Assembly: GCA_963805085.1 (NCBI GenBank) | Contig: CAWDTA010000002.1 | Span: 608,001 to 672,000 of the forward strand | Source of the DNA: an uncultured Veillonellaceae bacterium | GTDB lineage: Bacteria; Bacillota; Negativicutes; JARBTT01 | Length of the DNA: 64,000 nucleotides | Direction: 5' to 3' | Shown here: positions 26,331 to 37,032 of the stretch, one piece after another | Numbering within the stretch: position 1 is the first letter of the stretch | Layout: the number at the start of each line of letters is the position of its first letter | Translations under genes and position numbers: made by a program | Notes under the pieces: generated by a model | What the model was told of the DNA's origin: nothing | The model's input: only the letters and a program-made list of their open reading frames with translations | Database searches by the model: none

Positions 26331-27676
26331 GGTAGTGCTGAAATAATTGTGTAAACCTCCAATGTTAGGTAAAATAAAACTAATATTGGAGGTATTTTAT
26401 TATGGCAAATAAAGAAAACAACAAGCTCAAAGAGCTTATCAAAGAGTATGGTATTAAAGACATGAATGATGTCCATGATTTTGTCAAAATGCTTACAGCT
26501 GAAACCATCCAGACAGCTCTTGATGCTGAACTGGATGAAGAACTTGGATACTCCAAATATGACTACAAAAATAAGAAGACAAAGAATAGTCGCAATGGCT
26601 ATTCTTCTAAAACCGTTCAAAGTTCCAACGGAGAGCTGGAACTTAAAATTCCCCGTGATCGCGACGGCGATTTTGAACCACAATTAGTAAAAAAACATCA
26701 AACAGATATTTCGACCATAGAAGATAAAGTGATTTTTCTTTACTCACAAGGTGTATCCACTCGCGATATCCAAAAAACAATGCAAGAAATGTATGGCATT
26801 GATGTAGACGACAGCCGTGTTTCAAGAATTACAGATAAACTGCTGCCGCTCATTAATGAATGGCAAGAACGCCCGTTACAAACGATCTATGCGATGGTTA
26901 TTTTAGATGCCATTCATTACAATGTCCGTGAAAATGGCATTGTTACAAAAAAAGCTGCATATGTTGCCATTGGTACGGATTTAGAGGGGCAGAAAGATGT
27001 TTTAGGCATTTGGTTAGGTGCGAGTGAATCCTCTAAATATTGGCTTTCTATACTGAATGGATTGAAAAATCGTGGCGTTCAAGATATTCTTATTGTATCG
27101 GTAGACGGTTTATCTGGATTTGTAGAAGCCATCAATGTTGCTTTTCCTCAAACAGAAGTGCAACGCTGTGTAATTCATCAAATTCGTGCTTCGACACGTT
27201 ACGTATCTTATAAAGACGTTAAGCAATTTACTGCTGATCTAAAACCGATTTATAAAGCCCCAACAGAAGAGGCCGCCTTATTTGCTTTAGATGAATTTGA
27301 GGCTAAATGGAATTCGAAATATCCGTTAGGCGTAAAATCTTGGAGGGCTAATTGGAATGAACTCTCTACCATGTTCAAATATTCGCCAGAAATACGCAAA
27401 TTAATTTATACAACCAATGCGATTGAAAATTTCAACCGTCAATTACGAAAAGTAACCAAGACAAAAAGTGCTTTTGTTTCGGATAATGCTTTAATGAAAT
27501 TGCTATATTTAACAACGATGAACATCGTCGATAAATGGACAATGCCAATTCGAAATTGGGGCATGATACTCGATAACCTCATGATTTATTTTGGCGATCG
27601 AATTAAAATTTCTTTATAAAACTCAACTTAATTTTATCCTGATATTTGGACTTTACACAAAAATTTACGCACTCTC
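26331..27676 (+). mobile_element. IS256-family insertion sequence
   Basis: IRs ggtagtgctgaaataattgtgtaaac / ctttacacaaaaatttacgcactctc; no target duplication. Confidence 0.9.
26402..27619 (+). CDS. IS256-family transposase
   Basis: RNGY, IPRDRDGDFEP, LDA, VDGLSG, QRCVIH, IYTTNAIENFN. Confidence 0.96.
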   Translation: MANKENNKLKELIKEYGIKDMNDVHDFVKMLTAETIQTALDAELDEELGYSKYDYKNKKTKNSRNGYSSKTVQSSNGELELKIPRDRDGDFEPQLVKKHQTDISTIEDKVIFLYSQGVSTRDIQKTMQEMYGIDVDDSRVSRITDKLLPLINEWQERPLQTIYAMVILDAIHYNVRENGIVTKKAAYVAIGTDLEGQKDVLGIWLGASESSKYWLSILNGLKNRGVQDILIVSVDGLSGFVEAINVAFPQTEVQRCVIHQIRASTRYVSYKDVKQFTADLKPIYKAPTEEAALFALDEFEAKWNSKYPLGVKSWRANWNELSTMFKYSPEIRKLIYTTNAIENFNRQLRKVTKTKSAFVSDNALMKLLYLTTMNIVDKWTMPIRNWGMILDNLMIYFGDRIKISL

Positions 27677-27699
27677 TATTTTTGGAATGCAAAGCAACA

Positions 27700-27743
27700 A
27701 AATAAGCGGAAAAAATCTAACACGATTTTTTCCGCTTATTTTT
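27700..27743. terminator. Terminator hairpin
   Basis: aaataagcggaaaaaatc...gattttttccgcttattt. Confidence 0.7.
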
Positions 27744-27952
27744 CTACGCTACTAACCTACGAGCAACTCATCGCAAAAACGAATAAACACATTAGTTAAC
27801 GCATATCATTCCAAACAACAAACTCTTTAAATGTGCTGGACAGGGGTTTACAATATTCGCTTTTATTTTACGCCATTTCACATAATTTTTTCACGATAAG
27901 GTTTTTTTAGTAATAATAAACTTCTTTAAAATCAAAAATACCTTTTACATTT

Positions 27953-29029
27953 CTATTCATCATGTATAGGCGCAGGTTTATATGTAAGCTCTGATATCCT
28001 ATAAGATTCTATATTCATGCATTTTAAACTTTCTTCATCAAAAAACGCAATGTTTCTTCCATCTCTATGCATTGCACTCTTATATTCAATTCCATCAAAA
28101 CCAATACTTTTTATATAATCACTTATATATTGAGTAGGTAAATAATCTAATGAACTATCCTGCCGCCTTAATGGTTTTGATATTTCATCTCCGATTTTTT
28201 TAAGATTTGGCAAATTTATTGCTAGTAAACTGCTATCAATGTCACTAAAAGGGCTAATTTTATCTATTGTAGCTAAGTTCACAACTTTAACATCTTTTTT
28301 TAATTTATATTTTGCTATGGTAATATCATCATATACTCCAGCTCGAATTTCATGGTATGTGGTTTGTTTTGAATCCGCTAAATATAGACAACTGATTCCT
28401 TCGGAGTTAACCCTGCCAGCAGTTGCCTTATCAACAGGTGGAGCACCCATTTCTTTTTTTTCAAATCCATGTATATGCCTATCATCCCAAATTCTCGCTC
28501 GATAAAACTCATGCCCTTTTTTATATGTTTTTTTCATTCCTTCTATGATAGTTTTTAATATATTTTTATTGATAATATTCGTGTGAAACCTGTTTTTATT
28601 CTTTATTTCTCCTACAAAATCTTCCCACTGATAATTTCCTAGTATAGAATATACTTTCATGTATTCTTTATTAACACTATCAGCAATCCAAACAGGAGCA
28701 TCAAACAACTCAGGTTGTTCTTTATATTTCTCGGGAAAAAGCTTTATTAAAAAATCATATATTTGCATCGCATCCAAATTAAATATATTCCAATGCAAAC
28801 TTAATACATTTTTCATCAATTCTGCTTCTCTTGGATACGGTTTTTCGATTCCTGCAACAGGAGTATATACATCTAATAATGATTCAAAACTATCTTTTAA
28901 ATTTTTATTTTCTTCTATCTTGCAAATATAAACATTATCATTATTGCAAAAATCACATTTTCCTTTTTCTTTCCCTTTAATAATATCTATAATTTCTTTA
29001 TCCTTAAAACATTTTACACAACAATTCAT
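27953..29029 (-). CDS. RES-domain protein with N-terminal Cys-rich (Zn-binding) region
   Basis: CVKC..CDFC; YRARI, GRVN..GI..LYLA...T..E, YLPTQYISDYIK..GFDGIEYKS. Confidence 0.88.
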   Translation of the reverse strand: MNCCVKCFKDKEIIDIIKGKEKGKCDFCNNDNVYICKIEENKNLKDSFESLLDVYTPVAGIEKPYPREAELMKNVLSLHWNIFNLDAMQIYDFLIKLFPEKYKEQPELFDAPVWIADSVNKEYMKVYSILGNYQWEDFVGEIKNKNRFHTNIINKNILKTIIEGMKKTYKKGHEFYRARIWDDRHIHGFEKKEMGAPPVDKATAGRVNSEGISCLYLADSKQTTYHEIRAGVYDDITIAKYKLKKDVKVVNLATIDKISPFSDIDSSLLAINLPNLKKIGDEISKPLRRQDSSLDYLPTQYISDYIKSIGFDGIEYKSAMHRDGRNIAFFDEESLKCMNIESYRISELTYKPAPIHDE

Positions 29030-29030
29030 C

Positions 29031-29969
29031 TTACTTCACCTTATCAAGATAATTACCAACAAGTTCTAAATGATGCATTAGTGAAAATTTCTTTACACTA
29101 CCAAGTCCAGGATAAGTTTGATCTTTATAATGATTCAAAAAATACTTTAACCCTAACGTATGAGGAATATTTTTTTTCTCAACCCAAGCAACCAACTGCT
29201 CAACAGCTTCATAAAATTTTTTCGCTGGATTTTGAATATCACTATTAGATTTGGAGACAAAATGATGAATCCGTAGTGTTTTATCTTTATCGAAATAAAT
29301 TATATGTATTGCAACCGCATATGGAGCAAACCCTGCTTCCAAATAAGCTTTTCCAACTATTGAGTAATCTGCAAAGCCTAAAAAACCTTCACTATCATAA
29401 AACAAATGATCTTCTGAAAAAAACTCATCTTCATTGTTTCTGTAATCTGAATTTCTATCACATTTTTCAAATCTATCTTCGAAAAGAATTTTATTTCCAC
29501 TACGAACTTTGCGTCTAAATTCATCAGGAATGAGTACATACTGAGGACTGTCTATAGAAAAAACAGTTTGGTATTTACCTAAGCAATCTCGATTATTATT
29601 AATCACAAGCCACTCTTCTTTTTCAATTCCAATCTCTTTTTCCCATGACAAAAGCTCTTTATCTGAATTTAGGTTCATTATGTGCGATTTTATTACACAT
29701 GGGCTACTTAACAAATCAATAAATTTCTTTCTATTCTCGTCCTCTTCCTCAAGTTTCATATCACTAGAAAATGATCCTACCGCAGGATTACAAACAATAC
29801 AAAAACGCTTATTTTTTCGAATGAACTCAGAAATTGTCTTAAATAACGTAGATGATAATTTTACCGGCTCAATAATTGGCAAAACATATCGGCTTAGTAA
29901 CTCTTTTTCAACTAATTCTCGCAATGCTAGTAATTCATACTGACGCCCTCTTACATAAGGAAAATACAT
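29031..29969 (-). CDS. sce7725-family protein
   Basis: MYFPYVRGRQYELLALREL, PIIEPV, FADYSIVG, GFAPYAVAIH, YPGLG..KK.S..HH. Confidence 0.85.
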   Translation of the reverse strand: MYFPYVRGRQYELLALRELVEKELLSRYVLPIIEPVKLSSTLFKTISEFIRKNKRFCIVCNPAVGSFSSDMKLEEEDENRKKFIDLLSSPCVIKSHIMNLNSDKELLSWEKEIGIEKEEWLVINNNRDCLGKYQTVFSIDSPQYVLIPDEFRRKVRSGNKILFEDRFEKCDRNSDYRNNEDEFFSEDHLFYDSEGFLGFADYSIVGKAYLEAGFAPYAVAIHIIYFDKDKTLRIHHFVSKSNSDIQNPAKKFYEAVEQLVAWVEKKNIPHTLGLKYFLNHYKDQTYPGLGSVKKFSLMHHLELVGNYLDKVK

Positions 29970-29973
29970 TATT

Positions 29974-30822
29974 TTACCTCCCATAACGCTCATTTAGAAA
30001 ATCTGACAATTTATTGTAATCTTTTTCAGTAGGATTATAAAAATACATCAATGATTTTAATTCATAAGGCACTTTCAAAAACCAATCTTTAACAATATTA
30101 TTTCGCTTTTTTAACATTTTTAAAAACATTGAATAAACTTGCTCTAAGGGAATTTGTGAAAACCATTTAAAACATTCATCATAAAAAAATACAGGTGTAG
30201 ATTCTGGCAATTTATTATAATAACTCAAGATAATATTTTCAAATTCTTTTTTACGCAAAACCTTGAAAATCGCTTCATGTGTCAAATGTGTATTATCCTC
30301 TTGTGCTTCTTTTTTAATCTGTAAAGTATTCTTTTTTGTTAAAATGTAGATTCCCACATTTTTTCCTTCCAATAGAAAGCTAATTTTAGAATAATTATCT
30401 TCACTTGTAACAACGCAAACATAATTAAAAGACTTATAATAATCTGCGATCTGTGTTTCTAACCGTTCAAAACTATCTAATTCTGTTTTTATTTCATACA
30501 CTACTGCTTTTCCATTTATCATCACAAAATCTGCTTTTGATTTTCCAATAGGCACCTGTGTCAGCGCTGTAGTGGTATTGACGCTATGACGTCCCAACAG
30601 CAATTTATTCAACAATGTATTTTGATAAAAATATTCATTTCTATAATTTTTCGACATATATTTGTATATTTTGCTAATTATCTCACCATTTTTGCTACTA
30701 GATTCATCTTGTAAATATCTCTGAACTATTGTCCCATATATATGGTTATTATGCTTCATTATCAAATCCCGAAAAATATATTGCGTAAATAACCTATTCA
30801 AAACTAAATTATTATTTTCCAT
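29974..30822 (-). CDS. sce7726-family protein (PD-(D/E)xK-like)
   Basis: YRNEYFYQN, SKADFVMING...YEIKTELD..RL..Q. Confidence 0.85.
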   Translation of the reverse strand: MENNNLVLNRLFTQYIFRDLIMKHNNHIYGTIVQRYLQDESSSKNGEIISKIYKYMSKNYRNEYFYQNTLLNKLLLGRHSVNTTTALTQVPIGKSKADFVMINGKAVVYEIKTELDSFERLETQIADYYKSFNYVCVVTSEDNYSKISFLLEGKNVGIYILTKKNTLQIKKEAQEDNTHLTHEAIFKVLRKKEFENIILSYYNKLPESTPVFFYDECFKWFSQIPLEQVYSMFLKMLKKRNNIVKDWFLKVPYELKSLMYFYNPTEKDYNKLSDFLNERYGR

Positions 30823-30969
30823 AACCCTCCCCCCAATTTCTTAAAACTAAAACCTTACTATTATCATACAACAACAATACAAAGAAATATACCTTACTCC
30901 ATAATTAATAATCACCAAATTTATAAACAAATCTACAAGTCAGCAGTATATTAGGATCTTTAGCCCCTT

Positions 30970-31580
30970 GGGGTCAGGCTTAAGTTATATGTAAAATCGA
31001 CTTATTCTTCTTTAATCTTTAATTTTTAGTTAACTCTTGACAAATTCTTGTAATATTGGCTGGATCAATCTGTAGTACTTTGGCTAACTGCGTCCTTGTC
31101 ATTAAATCTCTCTCAAGCACTTCATAAATCAATCGCTTTCTAGCTGCTACTACCTTCCGTATCCGGCACTTCCCTACCAATTTCTCTTGACTTATTTCTT
31201 CCTCTACAGTAATCTTCTCTACGAGCTGTTCCCATGTTAACTTCGTTCGGCTTTGTTCCATTTTTGCTTGTAATAGAGTTTTTTGAGTCTCTTTCCCTTG
31301 TTCGTTTTCAACGCTATATTCCAGCTTATCAACGGCAGCCCCTACTAAAATCAGATACTGTGCCCTTGCCTGCTCAGTATTCGTACTCAATGTATTTAAT
31401 ATAAATTCTACATTTACTAATCCCGGTGCTCTTCTAACATATGACAGATGGCTGCTCCACCTATAGTCCACCCCTTCCAGCATGCTTGCCCGTACTGGAT
31501 TTTGATGAATATAACATATAAGAGCCATTAGATAACTCTCTTTCTCACAGATAAAGGCCTTGTAGCGTTGTTCAAATACA
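30970..31580 (-). pseudogene. Truncated TIR-flanked Y1 transposase element (3' part plus one TIR)
   Basis: TIR ggggtcaggcttaagttatatg at 30970; matches the 3' part of the 47996 copy; cut at ttcaaataca|aaaaacgcgggg. Confidence 0.9.
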
Positions 31581-31582
31581 AA

Positions 31583-31641
31583 AAACGCGGGGACAGGGGC
31601 TATGTTTCCTTATTTAAAACAACATCCCTGTCCCCGCGTTT
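31583..31641. repeat. Miniature palindromic element with GGGGACAG ends
   Basis: aaacgcggggacaggg...ccctgtccccgcgttt. Confidence 0.75.
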
Positions 31642-31893
31642 CTAAACCCAAATAATTATTCTTATTCATTCATCACCTACTATAATACAATATTATCCAT
31701 TATACTACACAACATGAAATAACTACAAAATTAACAAAACGTTAATTGAAAAAACAGGACTAAATTAATAGCCCTGTTTTATATGCTTACTATATATCTA
31801 ATTATCGTATTGACAAATCATGATATACTAAAGGTAAGATGTACTGAAACGGAAGCGGTTTGCTTAATCTGCCCCAAAAGGCAGGTGTTGCCA

Positions 31894-31962
31894 ATGGAGA
31901 ATATAATCATAATACTCATTATGATTTTTTTAATTCTCGTTGAAATGCAAAACAACCGCTAA
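31894..31962 (+). CDS. Putative type I toxin, 22-aa hydrophobic peptide MENIIIILIMIFLILVEMQNNR
   Basis: Single TM-like peptide; RBS in a stem; complementary 5' and 3' UTRs; convergent promoter downstream. Confidence 0.7.
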   Translation: MENIIIILIMIFLILVEMQNNR

Positions 31963-32046
31963 TCCCCTCGAAAAGTTTTAGCGGTTGTTTTTCTTAAAAA
32001 TACTTCTAAACTTTTTGCTTAGGCGAACCGTTTCCAGTACGTCTTT
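31935..32046 (-). ncRNA. Putative antisense antitoxin RNA
   Basis: TTGATA-17-TATAAT on minus (32081-32053); hairpin aaaacaaccgctaa/ttagcggttgtttt; extent approximate. Confidence 0.5.
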
Positions 32047-32111
32047 ATTTATATTATAACCACAATATCAATAAATATCAATGTAAAAACTATCAATTTT
32101 GTCAGACCCTT

Positions 32112-32584
32112 GGGGTCAGGCTTGATTTATATGTAAAATTGACTTATCTTCTTTAATCTTTAATTGTTAGTTAACTCTTGATAAATTCTTGTAATATTGG
32201 CTGGATCAATCTGTAGTACTTTTGCTAACTGCGTCCTTGTCATTAGATCTCTCTCAATCACTTCATAAATCAATCGTTTTCTAGCTGCTACTACCTGCCG
32301 TATCCGGCACTTCCCTACCAACTTCTCTTGACTTATTTCTTCCTCTACAGTAATCTTCTCTACTAGCTGTTCCCATGTTAACTTCGTTCGGCTTTGTTCC
32401 ATTTCTGCTTGTAATAGAGTTTTTTGAGTTTCTTTCCCTTGTTCGTTTTCAACGCTATATTCCAGCTTATCAACGGCGGCCCCTACTAAAATCAGATACT
32501 GTGCCCTTGCCTGCTCAGTATTAGTACTTAATGTATTTAATATAAATTCTACATTTACTAATCCCGATGTTCTTTTAACATATG
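32112..32584 (-). pseudogene. Truncated TIR-flanked Y1 transposase element (3' part plus one TIR)
   Basis: TIR at 32112; C-terminal coding sequence; cut at catatga|aaacgcggggacagg. Confidence 0.9.
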
Positions 32585-32610
32585 AAAACGCGGGGACAGG
32601 AAAACGCGGG

Positions 32611-33631
32611 GGTAAGTAGCCCGAGGGAATTTCACCCTCAGGCTCTCTCAGAACCGGACTTGAACCTCTCAATTCATCCGGCTCCCATCATCTAACCGTT
32701 GGAATAATTTCCATTCGCCAATGAACAAATAATTTCTGTTTGCTCTGTGCTATTTCCCTTAGCTTGTTTTGAGCGCGTCTTTTACTAGATTTTAACCTCT
32801 TATACTTCTTTACCATCCATCTAATCAGCGTCCAATTTAGTTTGTGTAATATTACTTTCATTGCTGATTTGTAAAAACAGCCGTAATAGTTTATCCAACC
32901 TCTAACTACAGGATTGACCATCTGGGCTATATCCACCAGTTCCTTCTCTGTCATCCGATGGATTTTCCATTGTCTTATGGTTTGCCCCATTGCTTTTACA
33001 GCTTTATTGCTTACTGCTGGTAGGAAGTTGAAAGTTCGTATGCTTCCATTACTACTTTCTTGGAAATTTCAAACGATTTTGTTTTGTTCATCGGCTCCTC
33101 CCTTTTGGTTGACCAGTGTTCAAAACTAGATAACACAGTCCCTTTGCTCCATTCCCATTACGGAATTTCATCACTATTACAGACTGTTCCGCCCCTATAC
33201 CCTGCATCTGTACTTTCGTCCTTGCGGGTTCTCCGCTTGAGACTTTTCCTTTATCATCAGGGTCGTAGGTTCCCACGTTCCTAACTAAAGCCTGTGCCAC
33301 GTTCACGCCGCCTCTATACCGGTCGCCATCTGGACAGTAATCAGGTTTCCTCCAGATTCATCCCGGACTACCTGTCAGAACCCGGTTTTGACGACATTTG
33401 CAAGTTTCGATACTTCTACAGCGGTTCAATTTTGTTCGTCTCCATTGGCACTTACCTAACGAAATCTTGTTTCACCTTTTTCCCGTAACGCTCACCACCA
33501 CGGCTTTTGACCGCAGCAGCTTACGGTGGTTTGAAGTCTCCACCTGTATGGCGACTTCGGAGGGCCTTCCTCCATCTCTAGTTAAGCGTAGAGTGTGGAC
33601 GCTAAAGCTTTCACACTCTTTCGTGGCACAC
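32611..33631 (-). mobile_element. Group II intron (class D-like) with internally deleted RT ORF
   Basis: 5' GTGTGCCACG; domains V/VI gagccggatgaattgagaggttcaagtccggttctgagagagcc...ctacttac; maturase remnant NPVVRGWINYYG. Confidence 0.88.
32688..33091 (-). pseudogene. Group II intron-encoded protein remnant
   Basis: MNKTKSFEISKKVVMEAYEL joined out of frame to NFLPAVSNKAVKAMGQTIRQW...; no YADD or RT core. Confidence 0.85.
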
Positions 33632-33827
33632 ACGCGTCAACTTGTCTATTGATTGGGATTTCGAGGCTCAATCTCTTCAACTTATGCTTACGTCCTACTA
33701 TCTTGCTGTCTACGCTTAACCACATGAGTTACCCCATGCCGTCCAAGACTCGCTATGAAGGGTCTGCTAAACCTTGTTCATCGGGGTTCCCACCCGCTAT
33801 ATGATGTACCCCCTTACCTTGGCGCAC
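33632..33827 (-). mobile_element. 5' fragment of a second group II intron
   Basis: Starts GTGCGCCAAGGTAAGG...AGCGGGTGGGAACCCCG; interrupted by the class D-like intron. Confidence 0.65.
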
Positions 33828-33877
33828 GGAACGCCCCCTCTATCCTCGAGGAAACAGTAGAACCGTCCCGTTGTATC

Positions 33878-35254
33878 CTACGATCCAATAAGCCCTGATT
33901 CCTGTTGCTCAATTTCCTCCAGTGTGCGTCCGCGAGTTTCTGGCACACGAGTCAATACAAACAAAACACCCAGCATACAAATGGCACCGAAGATGGCGAA
34001 CACTGCCGCCTGCGACATAGCACCCGTCATAATAGGGAACAGCAATCCGACCAGCCAGGAACCGATCCAATTGAAGGATGATGCCAATCCTGCCGCTCGA
34101 CCGCGAATAGCCAACGGAAATATTTCTCCCACCAGAACCCACGTAATTGGTGCCCATGTAGCTGAATAGAAGGCAACATAAATAGACAGAAAAAATACAA
34201 TCATCATCGGACTTGTACCCGGTATAAGCCAGTTAATGACCTCTGGCAGAACGAAGGATAACCCCATGATGAAGCCCCCAACCATTAAAAGCGTACGCCG
34301 GTTGAATTTTTCCGCAATCCAAATATATACCAACGACCCAAAAACAAGTATGATCCCTTGAATAATCGGCCACATTAATTCGTTGGTCGCGGCACTGCTG
34401 GTTGCCGTTTCCACAATGAGAGGAATGTAATAAAAGATAGCATTTGCTCCCTGGAATTGCTGGAAAGCGGCGACACCGACACCAGCAATAAGCAGATAAC
34501 GATATCTTTGGCTAAGTAGAGTCCCCCAGCTAATTTGATTCTCCGACTGATTTGCTTGTGCCGCGGTCTCTTTAATTTCTCTAAATTCGTTGTCAATTTC
34601 ATTTTCAGGGCGAACATAACTCAATACCCGCCGCGCCTCATCATAATGACCGTTTTTAATCAAATAGCGCGGAGATTCAGGCAAGCGCAGGACGCCAAAA
34701 AACAAGGCAACAGCGGGCAGGCAGGCAAAGCCCAGCATCAACCGCCAGGACATTTCGCCCGGCAAATCCTTCATTAAAAAATCGACAATATATGAAATCA
34801 ACATACCTGAAACGATCATGGTCTGATTAATTCCAGAAAGACGTCCGCGCATACGGGCCGGCGCCAACTCGGAAATATAGGCTGGTACTAAGGCTGAAGC
34901 TGCGCCAACACCCAGCCCCAAAAGCACACGGGCTATGATCAAATAAGTTTGTCCATTATTGGGAACTATCCCCGACACCAGTGCGAAAATCGCAAATATT
35001 ACGGCTGAAATCAAAATCATTTTACGCCGCCCTAATTTATCCGCAAGCTGACCGGCCAAAGCACCGCCAAAAATTGCCCCGAACATAACCGAAGATGTGA
35101 TCCAACCAATCTTTGAGGCATCAGTAAGATGCCAGTCGTGCGTCAAAAAGGGCAGCGCCCCAGTCATAACACCGATATCATAACCAAAAAGAATGCCACC
35201 AAATGCTCCGAAAAAATAAATATAATACCTTGATATTTTCTTTGTCTCTTCCAT
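33878..35254 (-). CDS. araE: MFS sugar porter, probable L-arabinose:H+ symporter
   Basis: FGYDIG, DKLGRR, PESPR, QQFQGAN, PETRG; next to araA. Confidence 0.85.
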   Translation of the reverse strand: MEETKKISRYYIYFFGAFGGILFGYDIGVMTGALPFLTHDWHLTDASKIGWITSSVMFGAIFGGALAGQLADKLGRRKMILISAVIFAIFALVSGIVPNNGQTYLIIARVLLGLGVGAASALVPAYISELAPARMRGRLSGINQTMIVSGMLISYIVDFLMKDLPGEMSWRLMLGFACLPAVALFFGVLRLPESPRYLIKNGHYDEARRVLSYVRPENEIDNEFREIKETAAQANQSENQISWGTLLSQRYRYLLIAGVGVAAFQQFQGANAIFYYIPLIVETATSSAATNELMWPIIQGIILVFGSLVYIWIAEKFNRRTLLMVGGFIMGLSFVLPEVINWLIPGTSPMMIVFFLSIYVAFYSATWAPITWVLVGEIFPLAIRGRAAGLASSFNWIGSWLVGLLFPIMTGAMSQAAVFAIFGAICMLGVLFVLTRVPETRGRTLEEIEQQESGLIGS

Positions 35255-35496
35255 TTTTGCACCTCTCCATTATTATAAGAAGATACTGGAATTTATTCCG
35301 GGATTCTCCCAAAACCAATATTCTTAATGCGATTTCTAATCCGAAAACAGCTCTGTTTCAGGTTCTTTGTATCTATAATCGATGATATAATTCCCCTACG
35401 GACACGAAAATCGGTTGAATTTCATCTATGGTTATGTTTGCATTTCAGGCGTAATACAAATTTCGCCCGAAATGCAAACTTTATTTGTCGGCAGTC

Positions 35497-36921
35497 TTAA
35501 TCAATCACAATCGATTCAATACCGAACATCCCAGCCAGATCATTGATTTGTTCTTCTGTTAATACAAAAGAAAAAACAGAATGATGTCCGCCGCCATTTT
35601 GAATCCATCTAATCGCTCCTTCCTTAAGACCAACTTTCGGCGTCCATAATTGCTTAGCCACTGGCAAATGAGGCGTATCTTCTTCTGGTTTGTTGCCAGT
35701 TACCGGATAGCTAAGCAATTTAAAACCGTCAGAAAAATGCGAAAGGGTCACATCAATGGCATCTCCTTCAGAGCCTGTAAACACAAGGCGTGCCGGATCT
35801 CCCTTGCCACCGATATCGAGCGGATGAACTTCAACACGTGGTTTTTCACTAGCAATCGACGGATCCACTTCCAACATGTGAGCCCCTAAGATGGCTTCAT
35901 GCCCTTTTCGCAAATCAAGAGTATAATCTTCCATGAAAGCAGTCCGCTCATTATGCGCCATAATTTTCAGCAATCTGCTTAACCCGGCGGATTTGCCGTC
36001 GCCCTCAGCACCAAAACCATATCCATCACGCATCAACAATTGGCTTGCAAGACCGGGCAACTGTTCCAGACCGTGCAGATCTTCAAAATTTGTAGTAAAG
36101 GCCGTATATCCACCGCGTTCCAAAAATCTTTTAATACCGAGATATTCTTTCAGTTGAACCCGTACTGAATGTTCAAATTTATCGGTGCTGTTGTTACCTT
36201 GAACCAAAGTATACTGTGCCTGCAAAGCTTTGTATTCCTTATCTATGTCGCTACCGCTGACTTTAGTGATTTCTTCTACCAGATCGCCAACACCGTAATA
36301 GTCGATCGTCCAGCCAAGTGTTATCTGGGCTTCAACTTTATCAAGCTCAGTAACGGCAACATTGCGCATTGTATCACCGAAACGGCATATTTTGATTTTA
36401 AAGCTTTCGTTATAAGCCACAGCTACATCTTCCCAACAGGCAATTTCTTTCTGAACCTCTTCATCCCCCCAGTAGCCATAAACAATTTTATTGTTTTTGC
36501 GCAAACGGGCATTGATGTACCCATATTCACGATCACCATGCGCACTTTGATTCAGATTCATATAATCAAAGTCAATTGTACTATAGGGAATTTTATCTAA
36601 ATACTGAGTTGCCAAATGCAATAAAGGCTTCTGTAGCAGCTTCGTGCCTCGAATCCAATTCTTTGCCGGTGAAAAAGTATGCATCCATGTGATAACACCA
36701 GCAACATTGTCGTTATAATTTGCTTCTTTCATAAATTTAGTAATCCCGTCGGCAGTCGTCATAACATCTTTAAATACAATTTTGTAAGGCAACTTACCGC
36801 TCGTATTCAATTTTTTCACAACATCCTGTGCATCATCGGCAACCTGTTTTAATTGTTCCTCCCCATAAAGAAATTGACTTCCGGTGACAAACCAAAATTC
36901 ATACGCTGGAACTGATAACAT
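35497..36921 (-). CDS. araA: L-arabinose isomerase
   Basis: [49 protein letters not shown]. Confidence 0.97.
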   Translation of the reverse strand: MLSVPAYEFWFVTGSQFLYGEEQLKQVADDAQDVVKKLNTSGKLPYKIVFKDVMTTADGITKFMKEANYNDNVAGVITWMHTFSPAKNWIRGTKLLQKPLLHLATQYLDKIPYSTIDFDYMNLNQSAHGDREYGYINARLRKNNKIVYGYWGDEEVQKEIACWEDVAVAYNESFKIKICRFGDTMRNVAVTELDKVEAQITLGWTIDYYGVGDLVEEITKVSGSDIDKEYKALQAQYTLVQGNNSTDKFEHSVRVQLKEYLGIKRFLERGGYTAFTTNFEDLHGLEQLPGLASQLLMRDGYGFGAEGDGKSAGLSRLLKIMAHNERTAFMEDYTLDLRKGHEAILGAHMLEVDPSIASEKPRVEVHPLDIGGKGDPARLVFTGSEGDAIDVTLSHFSDGFKLLSYPVTGNKPEEDTPHLPVAKQLWTPKVGLKEGAIRWIQNGGGHHSVFSFVLTEEQINDLAGMFGIESIVID

Positions 36922-37032
36922 TTTTCATTACTCCTTTGTCTAAAATATGGATATAATACGATATTAATTAAATTTAAAATTTTCAGTTTATTAAGACCTA
37001 AAACAATGTTTTGAATTTTTGCATAAAACTCC

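Noticed and set aside
26240-26825. ORFs antisense or alternate-frame to the IS256 transposase
   Set aside because: Shadow ORFs with no independent evidence.
32160-32672. 170-aa ORF as a real gene
   Set aside because: Chimera of intron domain V/VI sequence read into a transposase tail.
32688-33091. Retron, DGR or defence reverse transcriptase
   Set aside because: Only group II maturase remnants inside intron RNA; the RT core is absent.
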